DNA of 63,796 nt, filler included, from Aduncisulcus paluster (lineage: Eukaryota): NCBI GenBank assembly GCA_024181965.1. It is 18 parts of 18 records of this genome, joined end to end, with 100 filler letters (N's around TTAATTAATTAA, not from the genome) between each part and the next. Parts side by side here need not be neighbours in the genome. Positions count along the whole stretch, not along the records: positions 17,037 to 24,883 come from BQXS01011970.1; positions 24,984 to 27,468 come from BQXS01011971.1; positions 27,569 to 30,814 come from BQXS01011972.1; positions 30,915 to 34,605 come from BQXS01011973.1; 14 more parts are not named here. The stretch is one strand, 5' to 3'. The notes beneath the pieces were generated by a model. That model was not told the DNA's origin and did no database searches. It worked only from the letters and a program-made list of their open reading frames with translations. The stretch's first letter is position 1, and the number at the start of each line of letters is the position of its first letter. This document shows, piece by piece, positions 21,394 to 34,115 of this stretch. A program made the position numbers and the translations under genes.

Positions 21394-24300
21394 TTAAACC
21401 AGCTTTTTAAGAGCAGCAATTCTTTCAAGGCTTGTATGAGTAGGCATGACGTCAACACTGACATCCATCATTCGTAGTCTTCTCTCAGCATTCTTCCTGC
21501 TCCGCTCACTAATGTCCAGAGAAGCCACAATGCTGTCAGCTCTTTGGAGAGACATTGTACCAGCCTGGGAAGTCGAGAGGGAAGAGGTCCTTGATCCATA
21601 AGCAGAAGAACCACTATTATCTCCACCGACAGTCCGTGAGGTAACTCGTCCAGAAAGAGCCTTCGATTGCCATTTCAACAAGTCATCACTGGGGCCTTTC
21701 GATGAATGTATGGACACAATCTCACCCCGGACAGACTTTGTCTTATAACGTGAGGGAACACTTTCACGCCTCTTCTCTCCGAATTTGGCCTCCTCTTCCT
21801 CCATTCTCATCTGATTAGTCATGAATCGCAAAGCATTTTTGAGGGGACTCTGGGTTTCAGGATGAGCTGGAGAGTGAGAGAGATAACGAGATGCTGGTTG
21901 TTTGGCATAAGAAGAGAATATTTTTGGTTTGGTGGAAGAAGAAGCTCCACTCACACCGCCACGACCAACTGAAGGGTGAACGGATGACGACGAAGCAGAT
22001 GATGCACTGCCAGTCATAGAACGACGACCATATGGATTTCCTGGACTGCGCATTGTAGAAGACCGATGACCCATTGCTGATCCACCATACCTGGTCCCAC
22101 CAACAGACGTGCTCGTTGTCTGGACCATGGATGAGGCTCTGGTCCCGACAGATGTAGCACCTTGGCTTGACCTTCGACGCTGTTCTTTGGGATTCATGCA
22201 ACGATCACTCCTCGATATCACTTGTTCTGCACGCAGACGAGGAGTCCGAGCCCTTGGTTTTTGAGCCGTACTTGTGTCCTTTGAGGATCTGAGGGTATTC
22301 TTCCACCCTGATGGATGCAAGTGCCTTTGTAATCCACGTCGAGAGAGCTCAGTGGAAGAGGAGGAAGAAGAGGACCCCGGGATTGAAATGGCCTGATTCT
22401 TTCCATTGCCGGTAGCAGACTGTTTGGAAGCAATGTTTATCACAGCAGAGTGTACAAGCCCCTGTTCCGTGCGATGCCGAGCGTATGAATGTCTTTGTTT
22501 CATAAGATACTTCACAGTGTTAGCGTGCATTGCTGATGCTGAAGTTGCCTGAGAATGGGAGGATCTTTGCCCAGTTGTCGTCGACTGAACATGGGCAGAC
22601 ATGGGTCTTCCACCTATAGTCCTATCCCTCGAAGACATACCCACGCCAGATCTGGATGAAGTCCGCGCAAGAGAAGAAGCCGTGGGTGTCATGGAACGAC
22701 TATATGCACTGCCCCGAGAGACAGTGCGAGCAGATGAAGGTCTTCCACGTGCAGCGGAAGAACCCATGGATGATCCTGCGAAGCTACTCTTGCTCCTGGT
22801 GGTCCTACCTTCAACGGGTTTCCTTCCGAACGAATAAGAAGAGAATGAGTTCTTTTCACTCCGGCGTTGTTCATTGACAAATGGGGACTTTGATATCAAG
22901 GAGGCATTGCCAAAGGGTCGAGCTGCAGCAATTGTTCGTGCAGAAGAGCTTCTTCCACCATACTTCCCACTGGACTCACCAAATTGGGTAACATCTATCC
23001 GGCTCGACATAGCTCCGCGACTCTTTGATCTCATCTTTCGGTCTTCTTCAATCTGTTTCCGTTGCATCCGTTTCTCCTCATGCTCGTGGGCAACTGANNN
23101 NNNNNNNNNNNNNNNNNCCTCGAAGACATACCCACGCCAGATCTGATGAAGTCCGCGCAAGAGAAGAAGCCGTGGGTGTCATGGAACGACTATATGCACT
23201 GCCCCGAGAGACAGTGCGAGCAGATGAAGGTCTTCCACGTGCAGCGGAAGAACCCATGGATGATCCTGCGAAGCTACTCTTGCTCCTGGTGGTCCTACCT
23301 TCAACGGGTTTCCTTCCGAACGAATAAGAAGAGAATGAGTTCTTTTCACTCCGGCGTTGTTCATTGACAAATGGGGACTTTGATATCAAGGAGGCATTGC
23401 CAAAGTGTCGAGCTGCAGCAATTGTTCGTGCAGAAGAGCTTCTTCCACCATACTTCCCACTGGACTCACCAAATTGGGTAACATCTATACGGCTCGACAT
23501 AGCTCCGCGACTCTTTGATCTCATCTTTCGGTCTTCTTCAATCTGTTTCCGTTGCATCCGTTTCTCCTCATGCTCGTGGGCAACTGACTGAAGCATATAA
23601 CTTCCCAGCGAGCGTTCCCTTGCAGTGAGTTGAGAAGGGAAGAAAGACGATTGTGCTGCCGGCGATAACCGTCCACCGGTAAAAGCCGAAGGTCTAGAAA
23701 TGGTTGACGTATGTGGACGCTTTCCATTAGCCACTAAACTTCCCCCAGGAATTGTTTTCCGAGGATCATGGACATGAGAAAAAGAATATCTAAAATTAGA
23801 CGATTCTTTCCCTCCTTTCCCTTCTCCAGCCATCGCAGAGAGTGTGGGAGGAAGAGCGGGAGTAATATTTAATAAGCGAATGGCCTCATTATGGATACGA
23901 GCACACTCCTCCGCCTGTCCATAAGCGACCGAGGAAGGTTCATCGGTTGTTCTATTAATATCAGTATGTGAGAAAGACATGCACCCAACATCAGACTCAG
24001 ACACAGACAGTGTAGGTTCTGTGAATAAATCTTCATTCCCTCCTGCTGCATGATCTTCAGACACTGATCCAGATAGTCTTCGTTGTAATTGACCAGAGCG
24101 ACCCCTTCCAGAGAGAGACTCAGATCGACCAAAAGAAGATCCACGAACACTCTGTTTCCTCGTCCCTTCTTCTGGCCTCCTCAAGGCAGCAGGAGCACGA
24201 TCAGTGGTGTCGAGTTCTGCTCTTTCTTCCTTGATCTTATCCCATTTATGGACTAAATCATCAAATGAACGGAAGATACGATCAATCTCTTCCTCTGCAA

Positions 24301-24883
24301 TGGATGGATGGACACTACTGCCAAATACAACACCCCCACTCCGCTTACATTCCTCGAGAACTCGATGGTACTCAGAGTTGGAGAAATCAGTGAACAAGGA
24401 CATGTCAGCATCAGACTTACCTGTGGTCGAATATGTGTATTGGAATTGAAGGACACGGGTTCGACTCTTAGCACTCCCCTTTTTATCAGACCTCCCTGAT
24501 CCAGCGCTTCCATATTCATCCTCAGAGTTATCAGTCCCAACGCCCTGGGGCAGTAAATGAGAGAAGGAGTGAAGAACAGGCTCATTATCGATACTCAGAG
24601 TTGGAGAAATCAGTGAACAAGGACATGTCAGCATCAGACTTACCTGTGGTCGAATATGTGTATTGGAATTGAAGGACACGGGTTCGACTCTTAGCACTCC
24701 CCTTTTTATCAGACCTCCCTGATCCAGCGCTTCCATATTCATCCTCAGAGTTATCAGTCCCAACTCCCTGGGGCAGTAAATGAGAGAAGGAGTGAAGAAC
24801 AGGCTCATTATCGATATCAGAGTTGCGAGTAAGCATTCCAATATCATCAAGATCTTCATCCTGGGCACTGGATGAGTATTTAG
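21394..24883 (-). CDS. Large Ser/Arg-rich hypothetical protein, 5'-truncated and broken by two probable assembly duplications
   Basis: One reading frame is recoverable after removing the duplicates 22627-23097/23118-23587 and one copy of the 223-bp tandem at 24369-24814. Confidence 0.75.
24369..24814. repeat. 223-bp tandem duplication inside a CDS
   Basis: Units start at 24369 and 24592 and differ by one visible SNP (aacgccc/aactccc). The length is not a multiple of 3. Confidence 0.9.
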
Positions 24884-24984
24884 NNNNNNNNNNNNNNNNN
24901 NNNNNNNNNNNNNNNNNNNNNNNNNNNTTAATTAATTAANNNNNNNNNNNNNNNNNNNNNNNNNNNNNNNNNNNNNNNNNNNNT

Positions 24985-25341
24985 ATTGCACCATGTTATC
25001 TCAGTAAGTTTGTTATTAGTCATCATAATTGGCCATATGGAATCAAAGATTTCAATGCCACATTCACAACATCAGATGGAAAGAAGATTACAAAAGAATA
25101 TCAAATGGGGGAGATGCCTCCAAGGCATTATTTCTGGCAAGAGTTTCCTATAGATCTTGATAATGCTATTTCTTGTGATATTCATGTTATATCAACGCTG
25201 GATGGAAAACAGTATTGTATTTATTTGTATGGTATTAGATTCGTGATTGATAAAGAACAAGAGAGAATTTTAGCCGCTAAAGAGCTTGTCAGAGCTGAAC
25301 TTGCAACAATTGAACGATTATCGATGCTTCCCTGGTTATAG
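24985..25341 (+). CDS. Multigene-family protein, tandem paralogue 1, 5'-truncated
   Basis: GIKDFNATFTTSDGKKITKEYQMGEMP...RLSMLPWL is shared with the next gene. Confidence 0.85.
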   Translation: MAPCYLSKFVISHHNWPYGIKDFNATFTTSDGKKITKEYQMGEMPPRHYFWQEFPIDLDNAISCDIHVISTLDGKQYCIYLYGIRFVIDKEQERILAAKELVRAELATIERLSMLPWL

Positions 25342-25729
25342 CTGATCCTTCATATCATTGTTTCCACAAGGATTGAATACAACTTCTTTCCTGATAACAA
25401 TCATATTGTATGAACCATCCCTTCCTGTCATATCTTGAGATATGATGGATACCATGTGTATATTGTCACTTTCATGTTTATATCGCTGTATTGTCAATAA
25501 TGTCAACAATGTCTGAGTACGCCTTATTTGGAGAACAAATGTGTTTACAAAATAAATAATTTGTTATCACGTGTGTATAATAATAATGATAATAAATATC
25601 GATTTTGGATATTATTGTTCTGTTCCAAGACAATTATAAAAATGTGCTTTTCCTTGCAATTGGAAGTTTATTGGTGTTTATTATTTAACTTAATTTGATA
25701 TTGGATAATCCATAGTTGTTTTATTGTTT

Positions 25730-26296
25730 ATGATGAGAATTATTGGCAAATGTATTGAAGATCTTGTATGTGATAGTCGTGAAAATCGATACAATGGCCC
25801 CTACCCTGTTGGCCATCCAGATCTATCTGAAATTGACGAATCCAAAGCATATGGGGATTATCACAGTGGTGATAATCATTTAACTTTGTTGCAATTTTTT
25901 AGAGGTAAAATTTCAATCCGTTTCTATCCCAACTTACATCTCCCATTTATTACACCACTTTATCTCAGTAAGTTTGTTGTAAGCAACCATAGTTTTCGGA
26001 ATGGAATCAAAGATTTCAATGCCACATTCACAACATCAGATGGCAAGAAGATTACAAAAGAATATCAAATGGGAGAGATGCCATCGAAAAGTTTTTTCTG
26101 GCAAGAGTTCCCGATAGATCTTGATAATGTTGTTTCTTGTGATATTCATGTTATATCAACGCTGGATGGAAAAGAAAGAAAGATTTTTTTGCAAGCCATT
26201 CGATTCGTGATTGACAAAGAACAAGAGAAAATGAAAGCCGCCAAAGAGCGTGAACTTACAACAATTGAACGATTATCGATGTTGCCGTGGTTATAG
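25730..26296 (+). CDS. Multigene-family protein, tandem paralogue 2
   Basis: Complete ~188-aa ORF that aligns with paralogue 1, including the first ~25 nt after the stop. Confidence 0.85.
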   Translation: MMRIIGKCIEDLVCDSRENRYNGPYPVGHPDLSEIDESKAYGDYHSGDNHLTLLQFFRGKISIRFYPNLHLPFITPLYLSKFVVSNHSFRNGIKDFNATFTTSDGKKITKEYQMGEMPSKSFFWQEFPIDLDNVVSCDIHVISTLDGKERKIFLQAIRFVIDKEQEKMKAAKERELTTIERLSMLPWL

Positions 26297-26636
26297 CTGA
26301 TCCTTCATATCATCGTTTCTACAACTTGTGTCCTTGAAGGATTGAATAACAAGGATTTCTGATATTGGATTCATGAGGATTTACTGAATGTACAGTATTA
26401 GATGATCATATCATCATTCAAAGAAATCAAGCCAAATTGGCTTAGCCAATACGTTGTTCTTTTTCTCTGTAGTCAATGATTCCATTGTAATCATTATCCA
26501 GTGTCTATTAGTTTCCACTGAAACGGCATTATCTTTATAGATTCTTGTGGCACCTTGCAAAGTGCAAAAAGGGACTACACGACATTTTAAGGTCAAGTAG
26601 AGAAAAGAGGTATTTTTTGCCGAACGTAAATCGTCG

Positions 26637-27468
26637 ATGACGTGGATAGGGGAAATCGAAGCAGACAGCGAGCTGCCGTCCTCAATTTTACAAGGACTTT
26701 TTAATATCACTTTTATTATTTTATTACAATTATTAAAACAGAGTTATGAGAAGTTTTACTCAAAGGAATCTTTCATTTTCACGGAGACGGATCTAAAAAC
26801 ATATATTGGCTGGGAAACGACGGATACACAACCGATAGATACTCAAGGGGTCCCTATACGTGAGGAAGAAGATGAATACATTGATGATTCCCTGATGGTT
26901 TTTGGGAAAGGTGTTTTGAACGCGTGGCTTGATGCAATCAAAGGTTTAGGAGGAGGCGCTGAATGGCTGATGCAGAAACTGCAAAAACACTTTGGGGGAG
27001 ATTCAGAAAAAGATATCAAAGACCGAGTTAAGGCCTTCATGAAATTTGTCGTTGAAGGAAAGCGGAAGGAGGTTGAAGCAACTGAGAAGGAGGAATTGGC
27101 GTTGATCCGAGCGAGCCAAACGAACCCGAACGGTAAATTCTGGTTCAATGACAGACTTCAACCGGACGTGTTGGACAGCGGGAATTTTCAACTGGCTAAG
27201 ATGCTACCGAACGCGGCTTTGGAAATCTTTGAAGGAAAGGAAAAGATCAAGGGTATGAGTTGTCAAGAAGCAATGGCGAGGATAATGAGGACAGTCGGAC
27301 TAGTCAGGCGACCAAAGAAAGATAAAGCCAAGAAGAAGACTGGACCAAAGAAAGGGAAGAAAGAGAGGGAACAACGACAGCTCCGAAGACAAATATTCAA
27401 AACACATGTAGCGATCGAAGAACGCAGATTTAGGCAAGTGGCGATTATCTGGACGAACACTGTACAGG
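26637..27468 (+). CDS. Hypothetical protein, 3'-truncated, possibly mobile-element derived
   Basis: Long open frame with frequent NCG codons unlike the host genes, and a basic K/R tract. The start is uncertain. Confidence 0.5.
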
Positions 27469-27568
27469 NNNNNNNNNNNNNNNNNNNNNNNNNNNNNNNN
27501 NNNNNNNNNNNNTTAATTAATTAANNNNNNNNNNNNNNNNNNNNNNNNNNNNNNNNNNNNNNNNNNNN

Positions 27569-28514
27569 CACACGACTCACTCATATCGTCCAATCCTTCA
27601 ATATGCATCCGGTCAGGCTCAGTTCCATCGACAAAATGAGCAGAATTAACAATGGATTGAACTCCAGAAGTGGCAGCATCAATTTCACTTACATATCGAA
27701 GAATACGCTCCGTTTTGCTTCCACTGACACATTCGTGGACAATCAAAGATGGAGAAAGTCTTGGATTTGACACTGAGGATGAACTACGAGTGTCTTGATG
27801 AAAATCCTGACCAGGAATTTCATCGTGAGGGAAGCTCTGTCTTTGAGCACCTGGAGAGTATGTCATAGATAATAAATGAGGTTTGGCGGAAGAACTTCGG
27901 ACAGGATAATTCTTATTACCCATAAGAGCCCGATTAATACGATCATGAGCGACAAATACCTCGGTGGGAGTCAATTTGGACCTAGAACGTCGAGGTTTAA
28001 TATGAGATTGGGTGGTAATTGTTGTTGATTGCATGGAGGGATCAAATTCAGCAGAAATGAGAGGTTCGTCTTGTAAACGAGAAAATATTGCGTCTAACTG
28101 AGATAATGCACTCCTAGCTGGTAAAACACGTGATAAAGAGCGCCTTTTGGCAGCAGTGGAGATTCTAACGGGCTGAGATAGCCTTTTAATGCGATGTCCA
28201 GAACCACTTGAAGATCGAGAAACACTACCCCGACTCCTTGATCGTGGTGTACTAAAATCATAAAACTCAGTTGGATCTGACCACGTCGATAAATCTCTTG
28301 GCGGCCTTAAACCTAAAATTCTACATTCAGAATCAGATTTGAATAGCTTATTTCGTAGGGACTCAGATGATGTTTTAGTCATGTCTCCAAGCTTCGCATC
28401 GAACGAATCTAGATCTCTTAATGTATCATCGGCAAGAAGTCGATGAGCCCGCTGTTGGGCTTTTGTTTTTTCCGTTAATTCCTCTATGGCTTTTTTCTTA
28501 GCACTAGCAAACAT
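27569..28514 (-). CDS. Hypothetical Ser/Arg-rich protein, 3'-truncated
   Basis: ATG follows an AT-rich spacer and ~315 codons are open. Confidence 0.75.
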
Positions 28515-28889
28515 ATTTTTGACTTAGTTTTTCCTTAAGATGTACAAACTCAATAAATTATGAAGAAAAAAACAAAAATAAATGTCAAAACGCGGAAAAC
28601 GGCCAAAAATAGCAAAATGTTAATGGGGGTTAAATTTCAATAAATATTTCATTTTAAATTATATAGTAAATCATCGTAAAATCGATTCCTGCAATTTTTA
28701 ATACGTCTTTATTTCTTCTTAAGATTTTAGAATTTCAGTTTCCTATCTCATGAGACTTACAAGAAAATACACTTATAGTAATAAATTGAAAAACAATTTG
28801 ATATAAAATTATTTTTATTATTAATTATATCTCAGTATAGGTTGAAATAAAAAGGTTATTTCGAAAATCACATTTTTCTCGCCGTAGAT

Positions 28890-30629
28890 ATGATAACCTT
28901 CACGCCCGAGAGGCTCTTTTTGGATTCGGAACGTAAATACATCCGAAAATTGGTCAATACTTTAAGTGAAGGGCGCGTTGCCGATTCTTGTGAAAAGTGT
29001 GTAAAAGAAATTTCATTACGTGAAAGAGAATGGAGAGATCAAGAATCTCATAAGATAACCGATGAAATCATAAAGCAACACGATATATTAAAGGACAAGT
29101 TGCATAAAATAGAGACTTCAGATAACACTAACAAAAATATTCAAGAAGTAACCCAATTAGGATCTTCTCTTCATAAAACAGCCCAAACATTGCGTTATAT
29201 ACATAATAACAGAGGTAGAGAATGGAGTTACCCTCTTTTTCAATCATCCCTACCTCTCCTTCTCTCCTCGTCTTCTTTACCATCATTTGCTCCAACATTC
29301 GCAGCTTTTCTTGCTTTACTGCGTTTATGTGGCAAAGAAAATGAATGTATTGGTGTTATATCTCGGTATATTGGTGAGATGAGAAGAATAGAGACCAAAT
29401 TGAGTAAGATTGAATCCCGACTTAACGGTGGAAAATATCAATATATAAATGTTGACACCGATCCTCAATGTGACGTGGCTTCTTCCATACCCGATCTAAC
29501 CCCCCAAGAGAAGAAAGAGAGGAAGCGTCGACTTGAGCAACGTATTCTTGAGAGGTCACGAGATATTTATGTTGCCACCGATTCACACTCATCCTCCCAT
29601 CAGAGAGCTCGTATTCTCGGCCAGTCTGACTCGGAGATGGAAGAGGAACAACTTGATATGGAAGATCATCAAGAAACCTTGGATACCTTGAAGAATTTTG
29701 TATCTTTCTTTTCCTATCTTGTTATTTTCAAAGTCTTCCCCATTTCGGCCTTATTCTCCCATTTACTCTCTCTCCTTCCAACAAATAGAAGTCGTAAAGG
29801 ATATACTAAACACTTATCCTCAACATCTACTTCGGATACTATGTCCTCTTCTCTTCCCTCTATCTCTCTTCATTCAACAACAATAATTCTTTATGAATGT
29901 GTCCGTATCTGTGCCGGTATACTTCGAAAGGGTCTCAAAATAATGGTAACAAATCAAGTTGCTGAACGTCTTCTTTCACATCCTTCCTCCTCCTCTTCTT
30001 CTTCTTCTTCCTCCTCTTCTTCTTCTTCAAATGTTATTGAGCATAACGCAGGAGGAGATATTGTAGGTGTTGGATCTGGAAAGAGACGTTTCAGTGGGGC
30101 AGATATGCTAGCCCACTCTGGATCTATTGGTCTCAAACAATTATGCTCGTTGTTTGAGAATATGATAAAAAATGAAGAAAAAGAAATGAAAAAAAACAAA
30201 AAAAAATGGGATAAAATAGTCAAATCAACCAAAAAGCATCATCATAAACGTTCAATACGTCAAATAGAATCCAAATCATTGAAATCTTCTTCATCGAAAC
30301 CCATGTCACATGAAATGGCTAAGCTATTACAGAAAGAACATTCCACCGAATGCAAATGTACTTCGCTTCATATGCAGTTTCTTTTGCTTTCTATGCAGGA
30401 TTGTAGAGATGGAGTTGAATCCCCCTTTGTGAAGACTCAACGCGACACCATTTCTGCTTTAAAAACAACTGTGGAAGGAGTCAGAAAAGAATTGCGCAAA
30501 AAGGGGGAGCGCAGATTGTGTGAAGAACTTGAATTGTCTTGGGAAGAAGTCGAATCTCTCTTCACGATTGATGGACATTTGTTGTCAGATAGAAAGGAAA
30601 AGAAGGAAGAAAAGAAGAAAAAGAAATGA
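28890..30629 (+). CDS. Nucleolar MIF4G-domain protein, NOM1/Sgd1-like. The stop codon is probably artefactual.
   Basis: IRKLVNTLSE, NFVSFFSYLVIFKVF, HMQFLLLSMQDCRDG and LELSWEEV parallel NOM1 GLLNRLSE, RVRFMLETMLALKNN and LRVSWDSV. The stop falls at the junction of a duplicate (30181-30347 = 30621-30787). Confidence 0.55.
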   Translation: MITFTPERLFLDSERKYIRKLVNTLSEGRVADSCEKCVKEISLREREWRDQESHKITDEIIKQHDILKDKLHKIETSDNTNKNIQEVTQLGSSLHKTAQTLRYIHNNRGREWSYPLFQSSLPLLLSSSSLPSFAPTFAAFLALLRLCGKENECIGVISRYIGEMRRIETKLSKIESRLNGGKYQYINVDTDPQCDVASSIPDLTPQEKKERKRRLEQRILERSRDIYVATDSHSSSHQRARILGQSDSEMEEEQLDMEDHQETLDTLKNFVSFFSYLVIFKVFPISALFSHLLSLLPTNRSRKGYTKHLSSTSTSDTMSSSLPSISLHSTTIILYECVRICAGILRKGLKIMVTNQVAERLLSHPSSSSSSSSSSSSSSSNVIEHNAGGDIVGVGSGKRRFSGADMLAHSGSIGLKQLCSLFENMIKNEEKEMKKNKKKWDKIVKSTKKHHHKRSIRQIESKSLKSSSSKPMSHEMAKLLQKEHSTECKCTSLHMQFLLLSMQDCRDGVESPFVKTQRDTISALKTTVEGVRKELRKKGERRLCEELELSWEEVESLFTIDGHLLSDRKEKKEEKKKKK

Positions 30630-30914
30630 AAAAAAACAAAAAAAAATGGGATAAAATAGTCAAATCAACCAAAAAGCATCATCATAAACGTTCAATACGT
30701 CAAATAGAATCCAAATCATTGAAATCTTCTTCATCGAAACCCATGTCACATGAAATGGCTAAGCTATTACAGAAAGAACATTCCACCAAGCGTTATAAAG
30801 ATCAAGATTATCGGNNNNNNNNNNNNNNNNNNNNNNNNNNNNNNNNNNNNNNNNNNNNTTAATTAATTAANNNNNNNNNNNNNNNNNNNNNNNNNNNNNN
30901 NNNNNNNNNNNNNN

Positions 30915-32857
30915 GAAGAAGAGGAAGAAGAGGAAGAGGAAGAGGAAGAGGAAGAAGATCTTTTCGATGCATTGAAAGAAGATCTAAGCACCACCCATCC
31001 TGGGAAAGTGTCTCTCTCAGCTGCTAGAAAACACATTGTGTCGCTTGTTGTTCACGGTACCGATCTTGCCCCTGACACTGACACTGACACTGACACAACT
31101 GATGATTGTTCTATTTTTAGGCATGTTTGTTCGAATATTGTGTGTTCAAATATCCGTTCATTGTGGAAGAATCTTTCTGTAAACATGGAGAAATCTGAAT
31201 TGAGTAAGAAAATATTTGCTCGGGATGAAGAGGAGGAAGAGAGAGAGAAAGAAGAGAAAGAGAGAAGATTCAATCAAAAGAAAAGGTTAGAGATTGAAGC
31301 AAAACAGATTCAGGACGAAGAAATGTGTATTGTTGAAGCCAATGTTGAAGAAGAACAGAAGAAACTAAGGAAGGAAAACAAGATAAAAGATGAACAGTTA
31401 GCCAAAGAATATGAACTATTCCTGCTTAATGAAGATAACAAGGAACCAATTCTCCAACATTCTTGTCTTGTGGGTCTTTATTTGTTCTCTTGCCGTGAAA
31501 TTTGGAATTTTATCGTTGGAGAAAAGAAAGTTGTTGAGGAAAAGAAGGAAGAAAAGAAACAGAAACAGAAACAGGCTTCAATGATCTCCTCATTTTTACA
31601 AGGACCTTCAAACACATCAAAAGAATCATCATCTTCACAAAAGTCTTCAGAAGAGGAGGAGGAAGAGGAGAAAAGAGAAGGAGAATCATTGTCTATGGAT
31701 AAACATAATATTGATAAACTGAGAATGCCTGTTCCTCTCTTGTTCTCTGGATTGGGTGCTGATGAACTGTGTGGTGGTTATGCAAGGCATAGGTCTGAGT
31801 GGGAGAAAAGATGGATCAAAAAGGACTCGAATGCAGACCTTAAGAGGAGAAGAGGAGGAGGGATTGGTTCAAATTCTACAACAAGAGGAAGAGAAAGAAG
31901 GAAGAGAGGACTGGGAAAGCAAAGATTTGCTATGTCAAAGTTGGAAGACGAAGGATCTTTGGCTGGAGTCCAACATGAATCCATGGAAACAGTGGATAAA
32001 AAAGAACAAGATATGAAGAAGATGAAACCAGATCAATCGAGTATTGTTGAAGTTTCATCACAAGATAAGAGGAGAAAGGATTCTGATGTCTTACTGTGTG
32101 ATTCTCTCTCTGATTCTTTTTCTATTCTTTCTTCATCTCTATTCCGAGAGACTGATAGAGTCTGGGAAAGGAATGTCGGGAGAGATTGGAGAGTAGCTGT
32201 TGTTGCAGGCGCTTGTGTTGAATTTCCCTTCTTCAACTATCCCGTGTTTGAGCTTTTGCTTTCTTTCATTAGGGATGTGAAGGTCAGGGAATTGAAAGAT
32301 AGGATAACTAAACCTAAATATAGACCTTCTCAAGATCAAGATCAAGAAGAAACAGAAGGGAAAGGGCAGGAAGGAACTCTTTCGACTTTACCAGATGCAT
32401 CGTTATATAAAATTGGCCGGAATCTGTGTGGATGCGAGTGTCTTGTTGATTTTGGGATAAGAGGAGAAGAAGAGGAGGAGAGGAGAAAAAGGTGTCTGAG
32501 AGATGCAAGTGTGTTTTGACAGATATTAAAGATGAAATTGAAGCTTATGTCATGGAATCGGAGGCGAGTTCTCGTCCTCTTGGAAAATTGAATATAAAAG
32601 AAGAAGAGAAAGAGATGATTGAAGAAGAGAAAACGACTCCTAAAAAACTCCCCCATTCAATGGTCTCTGTTAAGTTGCCTCCAAACCTTTCATCGTCTTC
32701 TCTTCCTTACACTCCTCCAGAAAAGGCCATTCTCCGAAGAGCTGCATGTTTTTGTGGACTCTATAATGCGTCAACAATGCGAAAACGGGCAATACAATTC
32801 GGAACGCGAGCTGCATCTTTTCATGGAAGGGGGAAAAAAGGTACTCTTAAATTATAG
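30915..32857 (+). CDS. Asparagine synthetase domain-containing protein (ASNSD1/YML096W-like), 5'-truncated, with a frameshift near 32460-32490
   Basis: LFSGLGADELCGGYARHR and RVWERNVGRDWRV...FPFF are in frame 1. EKAILRRAA...RKRAIQFGTR is in the second frame. Confidence 0.85.
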
Positions 32858-33961
32858 ATTTTAATAATAAATAAATAAATAAATAAATAATAATAACATA
32901 AATAAATTATTTAAAATAATATATAATAATAATTGGGGTGAGATCCAGTATAGTACAGTATAAGATTGTTGGATCATCACATGGAAGATGAAACAGTTGT
33001 CGAGAAGGGGTTTGAATTGGAAGATCTTCAAAATCTTGAAATTTCAAGCGACTTATTTCTTTGCCCACAATCAAGGCTTAATTAATTCTAAGACCATTAA
33101 GAAAGGAAATTATTCAGATAATAAATCAAGTTTTATGTCAGTTACATGAAAAATATGATCTTATTTCAAAATGTTATTCAAGTCAGTCAACAATTTGACA
33201 TCTCGCCATATATAAAATATTAAATCACAAATCTGGTTCAATATCACACGGAAACAGAAGAGCGAATCTCAGTGCAAACATGACTCATTGCTATACCAAC
33301 ACATTCAGCTCGGGACACTTCAAATGTTGTCATGACGAAAACAACTGGAATTGACGGGATTATCGATGGAAGAAATTGCCATGATTATTGCCAATGATCA
33401 AATAAATGTCCACTAATCCAATGAGACATGGAGAATTTCGTGTCAATAGAGGGAGATAGAACAATCTCCAGTTCAAAACAAGATTCCAATCAAGTTGTAT
33501 GGAATATGAAGGCATTTATAGCATCAAGCATAGAAAACGACCATGTGAAAGCCTGAAAAGTTCTCCAACGACTTGTATTGCAAGGAAAACGCAAAAGAAA
33601 GATGAAAACTCAAAACACGCATTTCTGAACCACTTAGGAGGATGTCTTAGAACTTGCAACCGCACTTTCTCTATTGCAGATGCAGAGTCTTCCATGCCAG
33701 GATATCGGTTTATTATATTCTTGTGATCTCAAGAACCAAGGCTAAGATATGAGTTTATTTAGTAAATGACATCGGATGACACTCAGAGAGAGAATAAAAT
33801 GAATGCCTTAAAGTTGTTTTCGTAGGATATGTAATGTGTGAAAGAAGGATATTATGATTCATGAAGTTCTAAATCTCTTCGTGGGCTCCCCTAAGAGAAT
33901 AATGTCATGAGTATATAAGATAAAAATAGGAAGCACACAGTTTGAAGGAGAGACAAAGGAA

Positions 33962-33964
<3 letters not shown>

Positions 33965-34012
<48 letters not shown>

Positions 34013-34030
34013 AGAGAGAGTGAAAGAGAG
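33965..34030. repeat. (GA)n microsatellite downstream of the Fe-ADH stop
   Basis: Read directly from the sequence. Confidence 0.95.
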
Positions 34031-34115
34031 AACATCGCAATGAGCTCAAAAGAGTTTATATTAAATTCGTGCAAACAGATGGGTGAGGTTTGCAGAACTG
34101 ACAAGACAAAGACAC

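Noticed and set aside
22627..23587. Direct repeats flanking 20-N gaps (also around 13278, 44500 and 58731)
   Set aside because: Each sits exactly at a scaffold gap and duplicates part of one gene, sometimes with a few SNPs. These are unmerged overlaps or haplotypes, not biological repeats.
24369..24814. 223-bp tandem duplication as a regulatory or recoding feature
   Set aside because: It breaks the frame, differs by one SNP and has TCAGAGTTG microhomology at the junction, so misassembly is the likelier cause.
24985..26296. Diversity-generating retroelement template/variable repeat pair
   Set aside because: Differences are not adenine-specific, both copies are coding, and no RT is visible.
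30621..30787. Apparent overlapping second ORF MKKNKKKW...
   Set aside because: It is a copy of 30181-30347 joined through an A-rich run at the contig end, probably an artefact.
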